Shown here piece by piece: positions 1-7,136 of a stretch of DNA of 28,745 nucleotides. The notes below the pieces were generated by a model that saw nothing but the letters and a program-made list of their open reading frames with translations, was not told the origin of the DNA and ran no database searches. The stretch is from positions 1-28,745 of IMG/VR virus record IMGVR_UViG_3300046779_001453. One strand, written 5' to 3'. The first letter of the stretch is position 1. The number at the start of each line of letters is the position of its first letter. This DNA is from a virus. Lineage: Duplodnaviria > Caudoviricetes. The translations under genes and the position numbers were made by a program.

Positions 1-208
1 TTTGAGTATCTGTGGGACGACGGCCGAGGAGCTTGGCACTGGTCAGCGTCCGAGCACTGCTGGGGCGAGGTGGTGCGATGAAGAAGCGCAAAGAGCCGAT
101 CATCATAGAGGGCGACATTCGAGGCACTGCATATCGCCTTGAGGACTACGGCAAAACGACGACAAAGTTTTTGCATCTCGATGGTGCATGGTGCGAGATG
201 TCAGATGA
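1..208. repeat. Terminal direct repeat, left copy (circularity overlap)
   Basis: Matches 28538-28745 except at positions 128, 146 and 152. Confidence 0.95.
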
Positions 209-332
209 TGGTTTGCCATATCAAGATAATCCAGCGCTCTTCATGACGCATCTCTCCAACCTCGTCACGTTCATGACATACAAGCCAAAGACCATGCAGC
301 AGACAACATTGTTTGATGAGGTGGTGCGATGA
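78..332 (+). CDS. Hypothetical protein (MKKRKEPIII...)
   Basis: GAGGTG SD; ATGA overlaps at both ends; the 3 differences between terminal copies are all synonymous in this frame. Confidence 0.75.
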   Translation: MKKRKEPIIIEGDIRGTAYRLEDYGKTTTKFLHLDGAWCEMSDDGLPYQDNPALFMTHLSNLVTFMTYKPKTMQQTTLFDEVVR

Positions 333-1147
333 AAAACGCCTTTCGCAAATACAGCCAGACCGATGCAGAAATCCTCGCCTCGTTCTACGGTCGCATGGCA
401 CTGCCGAAGCTGGCCAAAAAGCTCGGGCGCAGTGAGGACGCCGTGCGCAGTGCAACTCGACGCCGTGGCATTCACATTGAACGTTCAATGACGCCATGGG
501 AGCGCATCGAGGAGATGTTCGGCGTCACCGCCGACGCCATCAAATCACGCATTCGCAATGCTGGCAAAGATGATGACGTCATTCCGCATGACCGATCGGG
601 ACGCTTCTACATTTTCTACGAAGCTGACATCATCGAATGGCTTCGCCGTGGCAATGTGCTCACCTTCGACCGAGCACCGATGCACCCGGACATTCAGCGC
701 ATCTACGACGCCGTGCGACGCAACTATTACACGTGGTCCGAGCTTGAGCAACACGACCTCATCTTAGTGCCACGTCATCGACGCTTCGGCTATGTGCCGC
801 GGCTGCGCAGTCATGAATCATTTTTCCGTCGTGATCATATCTGGGAATTCTGGTGGCGCATTGGCCACAATCTGCCAAGGACATCGCACGCCTACGCCGA
901 GGCCGTGCGCCTTGCATGGGAATCAACGTACGCTCGTAAGACCGACATCATCACACTACTCAATCGCAGTGCAATGACGGAAATCGCCAAGCAATGCGAG
1001 GGCACTACCCGCTTCGCTATTCGCAAAGACGAACTGCGCAAATACTTCGATAGCGTTGGCCGTCATGAACTTGCCAAGCGATTTGCCGAGCGACCGATAC
1101 ACTACATGGAACTCATCAACGAGTTGGACAGGGAAAAGCGACGATGA
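329..1147 (+). CDS. Putative HTH DNA-binding protein
   Basis: 272 aa; N-terminal LPKLAKKLGRSEDAVRSATRRRG resembles phage HTH motifs; GAGGTG SD. Confidence 0.55.
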   Translation: MKNAFRKYSQTDAEILASFYGRMALPKLAKKLGRSEDAVRSATRRRGIHIERSMTPWERIEEMFGVTADAIKSRIRNAGKDDDVIPHDRSGRFYIFYEADIIEWLRRGNVLTFDRAPMHPDIQRIYDAVRRNYYTWSELEQHDLILVPRHRRFGYVPRLRSHESFFRRDHIWEFWWRIGHNLPRTSHAYAEAVRLAWESTYARKTDIITLLNRSAMTEIAKQCEGTTRFAIRKDELRKYFDSVGRHELAKRFAERPIHYMELINELDREKRR

Positions 1148-1434
1148 AGCACAAAACGCCCACGATAGCCTATGGCGAATTCACTGGCGATGCGTTTTTC
1201 ATCGGCAGTCGTACACAACCGCATAGCATCGTGGATTGCTATCAGGTTATCATTGGGCACTTTGTACTCGTGTGGTGTCCGATTGCCCAGCCGGACATCG
1301 TGCATACACATCGGTTTCACGTGGGCGCACATGCAGGCGCTGATGGCAACCATGCCCGCATGATGGAAGAGTTGCAACACATTGACGATTTGGCAAAGAC
1401 CATGGGGGCGGTTATCGAAACGGCGGACGGTTAG
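1144..1434 (+). CDS. Hypothetical protein
   Basis: ATGA-coupled to the upstream gene; 3' end overlaps tRNA-like element 1. Confidence 0.55.
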   Translation: MKHKTPTIAYGEFTGDAFFIGSRTQPHSIVDCYQVIIGHFVLVWCPIAQPDIVHTHRFHVGAHAGADGNHARMMEELQHIDDLAKTMGAVIETADG

Positions 1435-1479
1435 AGAGAGTCGATTGCCACGCGGGTTCAAGTCCCGTCGCCTCCACCA
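1404..1479 (+). ncRNA. tRNA-like RNA 1 (Ala identity, non-canonical; resembles the tmRNA tRNA-like domain)
   Basis: Acceptor stem GGGGGCG/CGCCTCC with G3:U70, ACCA end, T arm GCGGG-TTCAAGT-CCCGT; no canonical D or anticodon arm. Confidence 0.75.
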
Positions 1480-1482
1480 TTT

Positions 1483-1557
1483 GGGGCGTGTTAAGGAGAA
1501 CGATTTTAGGCCACTGAACCCGGAATCAGAGGGGTTCGATTCCCCTACGCTCCACCA
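1483..1557 (+). ncRNA. tRNA-like RNA 2 (Ala identity, non-canonical)
   Basis: Acceptor stem GGGGCGT/ACGCTCC with G3:U70, ACCA end, T arm AGGGG-TTCGATT-CCCCT; no canonical anticodon loop. Confidence 0.75.
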
Positions 1558-1585
1558 CTTCAGCATTGACACGAAAGGACTCTGC

Positions 1586-2224
1586 ATGACCGTACGCTAC
1601 ATCAGCGACAACGTGCCCAGCGACCGCACAATGGAGGAATTTGTTGCCTACGTCGCCCGCGTCAGCAACCCGGCCAATCAAGCCAACCACGACACCGCTC
1701 CAAAGCTCGTGCGCTATTTGGCCACGCACAAGCATTGGTCGCCCTTTGAGATGGTCACGATCACGATGGAGATTGAGACGACGCGCGACATCGCCCGGCA
1801 AATACTTCGGCACCGCTCGTTCAGCTTTCAGGAGTTTAGCCAGCGCTATGCCGTCGTTGATGATGCGCCGATGTTTCGTGAGGCACGGTTGCAGGACACA
1901 AAGAACCGACAGAACAGCATCGAGACCGATGATGCCGAGCTTCGTATGAAGTGGAACGAATTGCAGAGCATTGTGTATGACGAGGCGTTCGCCGCCTATC
2001 ACTGGGCACTTGACCACGGCATCGCTAAGGAAGTTGCCCGAGCGGTGTTGCCTGAAGGTCTGACGATGTCACGCATGTACATGAGTGGCACGCTACGCAG
2101 TTGGCTGCACTACTGCCAGCTTCGCCGAGGTAGTGGCACGCAGAAAGAGCACATGGTGGTTGCCGAGGAATGTTGGCAGTTAATTGTCGCAAAGATGCCG
2201 AGCATTGTGGAGGTGATGGAATGA
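1586..2224 (+). CDS. thyX: Flavin-dependent thymidylate synthase
   Basis: ThyX motif RHRSFSFQEFSQRY, plus HWSPFE and KEVARAVLP; AAGGA SD before ATG 1586. Confidence 0.95.
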   Translation: MTVRYISDNVPSDRTMEEFVAYVARVSNPANQANHDTAPKLVRYLATHKHWSPFEMVTITMEIETTRDIARQILRHRSFSFQEFSQRYAVVDDAPMFREARLQDTKNRQNSIETDDAELRMKWNELQSIVYDEAFAAYHWALDHGIAKEVARAVLPEGLTMSRMYMSGTLRSWLHYCQLRRGSGTQKEHMVVAEECWQLIVAKMPSIVEVME

Positions 2225-2778
2225 TTCTCAATGACTGGCAAATCGCCGAGCGCGCCGACGCTGGCATGATCGCACCCTTCGTCCGTGAGCAAGTACGCCA
2301 CAATGGGAGCTACCCCGTCATCAGCTACGGCCTGTCATCGTTCGGCTATGACATGCGCGTTGCCGATGCGTGGGAGGTCTGTGAGCGCACGTCGTTTCCA
2401 CTTGACCCTAAGGAAGCGCATCGTACACCAACGCATAAATACCACGCCGGTTTCATCGTTATCCAGCCGGGTGGCTTCGTGCTGTGTCGCAGTGTCGAGC
2501 ACTTCGCCATTCCCGATGATGTCAGCGTGGTCGTGGTCGGCAAATCCACGTACGCCCGCTGTGGCATCATCGTCAATGTGACACCGTTAGAAGCGGGGTG
2601 GCGTGGCTATGTGACCATTGAGTTGAGCAACACCAACACGGTGCCGGTCAAGGTGTACGCTAATGAAGGCATCGCCCAATGCATCTTTCACCACGGCGAA
2701 CGGCCTCGTGTCACCTACGCCGATCGCAGTGGAAAGTACCAAGACCAAGCAGCAGACATTGTGAAAGCGAAGGTGTAA
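2221..2778 (+). CDS. dcd: dCTP deaminase
   Basis: ISYGLSSFGYD, GKSTYARCGIIVNVTPLEAGW, YANEGIAQ and GKYQDQ motifs; GGAGG SD. Confidence 0.93.
   Translation: MILNDWQIAERADAGMIAPFVREQVRHNGSYPVISYGLSSFGYDMRVADAWEVCERTSFPLDPKEAHRTPTHKYHAGFIVIQPGGFVLCRSVEHFAIPDDVSVVVVGKSTYARCGIIVNVTPLEAGWRGYVTIELSNTNTVPVKVYANEGIAQCIFHHGERPRVTYADRSGKYQDQAADIVKAKV
2755..2777. repeat. Direct repeat copy 1 (dcd 3' end)
   Basis: GACATTGTGAAAGCGAaGGTGTA; 22/23 identical to 3119-3141. Confidence 0.85.
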
Positions 2779-2780
2779 TC

Positions 2781-3128
2781 ATGTTCATACGAGGTAATGG
2801 GAGATTGGCAAAAGAGATTCGCGCAAAACTCGCACCAAACAATGACGCATTCATTGCGGTAGCGACGGCATACGACGACGGTATAGGGACATGTGATGAT
2901 GAATTTGGGAAATTTGAGACACTTGATTTGCACGCTCATCACACACAAAAAGAGCTCGACGAATTCCTAATTGAGGTAGAACGACGCGGTCTATATAATC
3001 TGCTTTTTGATAGTGCATTTCATACGTATGACATGTACTGGTATCGCGACAACACGCCCACGGTATGGCAAATTGATTCGCCTATGACAAAAATAACGCT
3101 TAAGCGGCTGTACATGCCGACATTGTGA
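2781..3128 (+). CDS. Hypothetical protein, probable inserted gene (moron)
   Basis: AAGGTG SD; looks more AT-rich than its neighbours; flanked by 23-bp direct repeats. Confidence 0.65.
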   Translation: MFIRGNGRLAKEIRAKLAPNNDAFIAVATAYDDGIGTCDDEFGKFETLDLHAHHTQKELDEFLIEVERRGLYNLLFDSAFHTYDMYWYRDNTPTVWQIDSPMTKITLKRLYMPTL

Positions 3129-3141
3129 AAGCGAGGGTGTA
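3119..3141. repeat. Direct repeat copy 2
   Basis: GACATTGTGAAAGCGAgGGTGTA. Confidence 0.85.
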
Positions 3142-3144
3142 GCA

Positions 3145-3342
3145 ATGCTCATCACCACCGTCACGCGCGTAATCCTACGCTACTACAAACAATGGCGCAT
3201 CGTCGCTATGCTGTATCGACGCCATGAGCGTGGCATCATGTATCGGTACTTCGTGCGCCCAGATGGCGTGAATCAAGAGGTTCAATCAAAGCGTCGGCGA
3301 TATCGTCGGCGCTATATCCTGCAGAGAAAGGGGCAACGATGA
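3145..3342 (+). CDS. Small basic hypothetical protein
   Basis: GAGGG SD; Arg-rich 65 aa. Confidence 0.55.
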   Translation: MLITTVTRVILRYYKQWRIVAMLYRRHERGIMYRYFVRPDGVNQEVQSKRRRYRRRYILQRKGQR

Positions 3343-3346
3343 CATC

Positions 3347-3377
3347 TTGACATCACCGACATAATGAAGTCAGGAGG
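3347..3377 (+). promoter_or_regulatory. Short-spacer promoter-like motif, copy 1
   Basis: TTGACA-tcaccga-CATAAT-GAAGTC-AGGAGG. Confidence 0.5.
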
Positions 3378-3381
3378 TGTT

Positions 3382-4290
3382 ATGTACATTGAAAAGCACG
3401 GCAATCGATATAGAGTCAACATTGTAGAGCACGGCAGGAAAACACGCAAGAGCTTTGCCACACTCGATGAGGCAACGGCGTTTAAAGAGGCGCACGATCG
3501 GCGTGTGCGGTGGAGTCGTAGACCTGGCATCATCGAGCGCGATAAACATCACATTACCATGACGCCAGCGCCGTATGCGCTGGCGTTTCTCTCTGACTTA
3601 CACTTCGGCAACGCAATGACGGACTACGCCCAAGCGATGCGAGATGCAGAAATCATCAGAGATACGCACGGCATGTACGCTGTCTTCCATGGTGACGGCA
3701 TCGACAACTGGATTATCCCCAAAATGGCAGGGCTTCAGCGTGGTCAAGCAATGCCGTTCGATGATGAAATGCAGATGTTCAAAGAGTGGCTCGAAGTGCT
3801 CGGCGATAAGCTCCTCGTTGTCGTTGCGGGCAACCATGACAACTGGACATACACACTAGCTGGCATTGACTTCCTGCGTCACATTGTCAGACCCACGGTC
3901 ATCTACGACCAACATCAAGTAATCTTCGACATCAGCGCAGGCACATCACGCTTGCGCTATGCCGTGCGCCATAAGTGGCGAGGCAACAGCATCTTAAATC
4001 CAACGCACGGCCTCGAGCGTGCAGCGCGCGACATTGACGCCGATGTGTACGTCGGTGGCCATACGCACATCGCCACGCTGGCACGGTATTTCACCGTACG
4101 TCAGCGTGATCGCCTCGCCATCCTCACCGGCACCTACAAACGTCATGACCACTACGGCCACGCACTCGGACTGCCACCATCAGAACACAGCGGATGCGGT
4201 GTGCTCGTCGTTGACCCGAGCAAAGACCACGTCTTTGTGCGTGACGTTGCCGAGGGCGCTGATTATCTGACGTTTAAGTTGCGCCGTTGA
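3382..4290 (+). CDS. Calcineurin-like metallophosphoesterase with an N-terminal arm-binding/AP2-like domain
   Basis: SDLH, GDGID, GNHD, H and GHTH motifs; AGGAGG SD. Confidence 0.85.
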   Translation: MYIEKHGNRYRVNIVEHGRKTRKSFATLDEATAFKEAHDRRVRWSRRPGIIERDKHHITMTPAPYALAFLSDLHFGNAMTDYAQAMRDAEIIRDTHGMYAVFHGDGIDNWIIPKMAGLQRGQAMPFDDEMQMFKEWLEVLGDKLLVVVAGNHDNWTYTLAGIDFLRHIVRPTVIYDQHQVIFDISAGTSRLRYAVRHKWRGNSILNPTHGLERAARDIDADVYVGGHTHIATLARYFTVRQRDRLAILTGTYKRHDHYGHALGLPPSEHSGCGVLVVDPSKDHVFVRDVAEGADYLTFKLRR

Positions 4291-4319
4291 CACCGTCCGT
4301 ACAATGAAGGTAGAGGAGG
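4287..4319 (+). promoter_or_regulatory. Short-spacer promoter-like motif, copy 2
   Basis: TTGACA-ccgtccg-TACAAT-GAAGGTAG-AGGAGG at the head of the lysis/packaging genes. Confidence 0.55.
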
Positions 4320-4325
4320 GCTACT

Positions 4326-4625
4326 ATGTCTGACATACCCTTAAACATCCCAGGCGGAACCTATACGCCGACCGAAACCACGTTTGTCGAGGACAGCATC
4401 GGCCAACAATGGGCCACATCAATGAGCGATGCCCGACTGCGCCCGAAGCTGTTCGGCATCCATGTCTGGTATCGCCGTAACGACAAATCGCCATGGCAAT
4501 TTCTGTTCGCCCTTGCCGAGTGCCATGGCTGGCTTAGCGTCGACCGTGGCCAACTGCAATTCATCTACAATCGCCCAAAGATGGCCGGCGCCATGCGTCG
4601 CATTATCCAAGGCTACCGACCATGA
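4326..4625 (+). CDS. Hypothetical protein
   Basis: Strong SD; ATGA overlap with the amidase gene. Confidence 0.7.
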   Translation: MSDIPLNIPGGTYTPTETTFVEDSIGQQWATSMSDARLRPKLFGIHVWYRRNDKSPWQFLFALAECHGWLSVDRGQLQFIYNRPKMAGAMRRIIQGYRP

Positions 4626-5194
4626 CCAATAAAAAACCAACACCGAAGAGCAACGACTTTCGCTGGGACCTACGGCAATGGCGCACGGCTGCCGACCTCA
4701 AGGCGCACCTCGCTCAGCATGATCCGAGCATTGCGCCATGGGCAAAGGGCGTGGTGATTCATCACACGTATCGCCCTGAGCCTCGTCACTGGCGTGGCGC
4801 CCAAACCATGACCGGCATGAAGCAGTACTATGAGGGGCTAGGCTGGGACTCGGGCCCACACCTGTTTCTCTGCGTCGGCGCACCGAACCCCGAGCACGAC
4901 GGCATCTGGCAAATGACCGCACTGAACGAGCGTGGCATCCACGCCACCACCGCCAATGCGTGGTCATGGGGTATTGAGGTTGTCGGGTACTTCGATTACC
5001 GGCCATGGTCAGACGCCGAGCGGGCGTTGGTGTACGACACCGTTGAAGCGCTATTCCGTTGGCGTGGCATTGTGCCCAGTAAGCAAACATTGATCGGGCA
5101 TCGTGAGGTGCCATCACCTAAAACGTGCCCAGGCGTGCAGATTGACATGACCCGGGTGCGACTCGATGTACAACAGCGCATGGGAGGTGCGTAG
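4622..5194 (+). CDS. Endolysin, N-acetylmuramoyl-L-alanine amidase (Amidase_2-like)
   Basis: VVIHHT, GIEVVG, GHRE and KTCPG zinc-amidase motifs. Confidence 0.88.
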   Translation: MTNKKPTPKSNDFRWDLRQWRTAADLKAHLAQHDPSIAPWAKGVVIHHTYRPEPRHWRGAQTMTGMKQYYEGLGWDSGPHLFLCVGAPNPEHDGIWQMTALNERGIHATTANAWSWGIEVVGYFDYRPWSDAERALVYDTVEALFRWRGIVPSKQTLIGHREVPSPKTCPGVQIDMTRVRLDVQQRMGGA

Positions 5195-5404
5195 ATGACA
5201 CCGGAAGCCGTAGAAGTGAAGTTGGCACGACTCGAGGAAAAGATAGACACTATCTTACGACGCCTCGAATCAGGAGACAAACAATTTCGTGAGATGGATG
5301 AGCGCGTCAAAGAACTTGAGCAACGCATCGCACAGCTGTGGGGTGGATTGGCTATTGCCAGCATCGCCATTCCGCTGATTGTGCGATATTTAATGGGAGG
5401 CTAA
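5195..5404 (+). CDS. Coiled-coil protein with C-terminal TM helix (XhlA-like lysis accessory)
   Basis: LARLEEKID heptads, hydrophobic C-terminus, lysis-cassette position. Confidence 0.6.
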   Translation: MTPEAVEVKLARLEEKIDTILRRLESGDKQFREMDERVKELEQRIAQLWGGLAIASIAIPLIVRYLMGG

Positions 5405-5407
5405 GCC

Positions 5408-5590
5408 ATGACACCGAAACCATGGTATCACTCACGCACGCTGTGGGTCAACGTCTTGACCCTGCTTATCATGATTCTGGGCACCGTTGCGCAGTGGCCG
5501 GAGTTCGCTGTTTATGCACCGCAGATTGCCGGTGCGGTGTCGGTGGTCAATATCCTGCTGCGCTTCCTCACTGATCGCCCGGTGGTGTAG
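5408..5590 (+). CDS. Putative holin
   Basis: 60 aa, two TM segments, KPWYHSRTLWVN start, NILLRFLT end; GGAGG SD. Confidence 0.7.
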   Translation: MTPKPWYHSRTLWVNVLTLLIMILGTVAQWPEFAVYAPQIAGAVSVVNILLRFLTDRPVV

Positions 5591-5592
5591 CC

Positions 5593-6741
5593 ATGCAGTG
5601 GCGTAATCGAATTGTCGGGCATGACACCGTCGACCCCAGCACACTGACGGCGCATCCGCTGAACTGGCGCGCGCATGGCGATGCACAGTCGCATGCGCTC
5701 TCATCAGTGATACGTGATGTCGGCGTCGTGCAAAGCGTCATCGTCAACCAGCGCACTGGACGAATCGTTGATGGACATCTGCGCGTATCGCTTGCCGTTA
5801 AAGAGAAAGCATCATCTATCCCAGTCGTATATATCGATGTCAGCGAGAGCGAAGAGGCGACGATACTTGCGACGCTAGACCCCATCGGCGCCATGGCTGG
5901 ACGATCAATCGACATATTATCCTCACTTATCCAGCAAGTGACGACCGATGATGAGTCAGTGCGAAAACTTATTGCGGACATCCAAGGACAAAGCGCTGAC
6001 GTCATGGTGCCACGGACATGGAAAGACCGAGACCGCATCGCATCTACTGAGTGCACAGTGATGCGTGGCGATGCGTATCTCATCGGCGGTCGTCACATCG
6101 TGTACTGCGATGATGCACAAGATTATGCACCGCCAGCTGGCGATGTACTGACGATATGGGACCCGCCATGGGATGTCGAATTATCCATTGATGTGTCATC
6201 GCCGTGCATCGCTTTTACTGATGGACGTCGCATCGGAGATGTCATCGCAAAACTTGGCGCACCGACATGGTGCTTTGCCTGGGATTGCGGTTCGACATGG
6301 TACAGTCCGAATCGCCCACTTCAGCGCACAAAGCTGGCGCTATGGTATGGCGATGTTGGCGACTATCAGTATGAGGGGTATCATCTGCCAACGCCAAAGC
6401 CACGAAAGACAAAGACCGTATCAAACTCTCGCGGATCGTATGAGTATACGCCAGACGCACGAGGTGTCCATCTCTCTGACCTCTACACGGACACACGCAT
6501 CACTGACCTGCATGCTGATGCGTGGCATGCACATCAAAAGCCGACTGAGTGGGTTACTGCGCTCATCGGATGTTGCAGTAGTGCGAGTACGGTGTATGAC
6601 CCATGTCTTGGCAGTGGTACAAGCATGATTGCGGCTGATAAACTTGGTAAGACGTGTATTGGATATGAAATTGACGCCATGGCAGTGCAGCGCATTATCG
6701 ACCATGCTCGACAGAGTGATATCAGCGTGGAGAAGATGTGA
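5593..6741 (+). CDS. ParB-like N-terminal domain + amino (N4-C/N6-A) DNA methyltransferase
   Basis: HPLNWRAH...IVDGHLR (ParB-like); DPPW, HQKP, VYDPCLGSGTS and GYEID (beta-class motif order). Confidence 0.85.
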   Translation: MQWRNRIVGHDTVDPSTLTAHPLNWRAHGDAQSHALSSVIRDVGVVQSVIVNQRTGRIVDGHLRVSLAVKEKASSIPVVYIDVSESEEATILATLDPIGAMAGRSIDILSSLIQQVTTDDESVRKLIADIQGQSADVMVPRTWKDRDRIASTECTVMRGDAYLIGGRHIVYCDDAQDYAPPAGDVLTIWDPPWDVELSIDVSSPCIAFTDGRRIGDVIAKLGAPTWCFAWDCGSTWYSPNRPLQRTKLALWYGDVGDYQYEGYHLPTPKPRKTKTVSNSRGSYEYTPDARGVHLSDLYTDTRITDLHADAWHAHQKPTEWVTALIGCCSSASTVYDPCLGSGTSMIAADKLGKTCIGYEIDAMAVQRIIDHARQSDISVEKM

Positions 6742-7136
6742 TGGCAAAGATTACACGACATAAGCCCGTCATCTGGGAGAAGCAGTACATTGCCGCACTA
6801 AGTCAGACCGGCAACTGGACGCTTGCCGCACAGATGGCAGGCATCGCCAAATCTACAGCGCGCGAGCGCTATCTTACATCATCCGACTTTCGCAGTGCGT
6901 GCGATGATGCGATACAAAGTGGCATTGACATCCTCGAGGCGGAAGCACGGCGACGGGCAATGGCAGGAAGTGACTTGTTACTTATATTCATGCTGAAAGG
7001 CGCACGACCGGAGAAGTACCGTGATTCATACACCGTCCATAACACAAGTGCCCCCACCGACTACACCATCGACCTCACCCTCCCTAGTGGTGAAGCACAG
7101 CCGGCAAACAATTCCGCAACAACGGTTTTGGAATGA
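6741..7136 (+). CDS. terS: Terminase small subunit (putative)
   Basis: N-terminal HTH; LEAEARRRA..SDLLLIFMLKGARPEKYRD motif; directly upstream of TerL. Confidence 0.75.
   Translation: MAKITRHKPVIWEKQYIAALSQTGNWTLAAQMAGIAKSTARERYLTSSDFRSACDDAIQSGIDILEAEARRRAMAGSDLLLIFMLKGARPEKYRDSYTVHNTSAPTDYTIDLTLPSGEAQPANNSATTVLE

Noticed and set aside
1-208. Biological fixed direct terminal repeat
   Set aside because: It starts and ends inside genes and the copies differ; an assembly overlap is more likely
1450-1479. attP core copying a host tmRNA/tRNA 3' end
   Set aside because: No integrase is present, and both elements keep complementary 5' acceptor strands, which an att core would not need
1404-1557. 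Canonical tRNA-Ala genes or a full tmRNA
   Set aside because: There is no D stem, no 7-nt anticodon loop with an Ala anticodon, and no room for a tag reading frame or pseudoknots
1102-1587. Minus-strand ORFs here and elsewhere (e.g. 8256-8981, 15680-16318, 23972-24655)
   Set aside because: They are antisense shadows of well-supported + strand genes or RNAs, with no recognisable motifs
3145-3342. Paralogy with the basic protein at 28023-28223
   Set aside because: The resemblance is limited to size, charge and a YRY motif; it cannot be supported by eye
3382-3510. Integrase
   Set aside because: Only an arm-binding-like N-terminus is present; the rest is a metallophosphoesterase with no tyrosine or serine recombinase motifs
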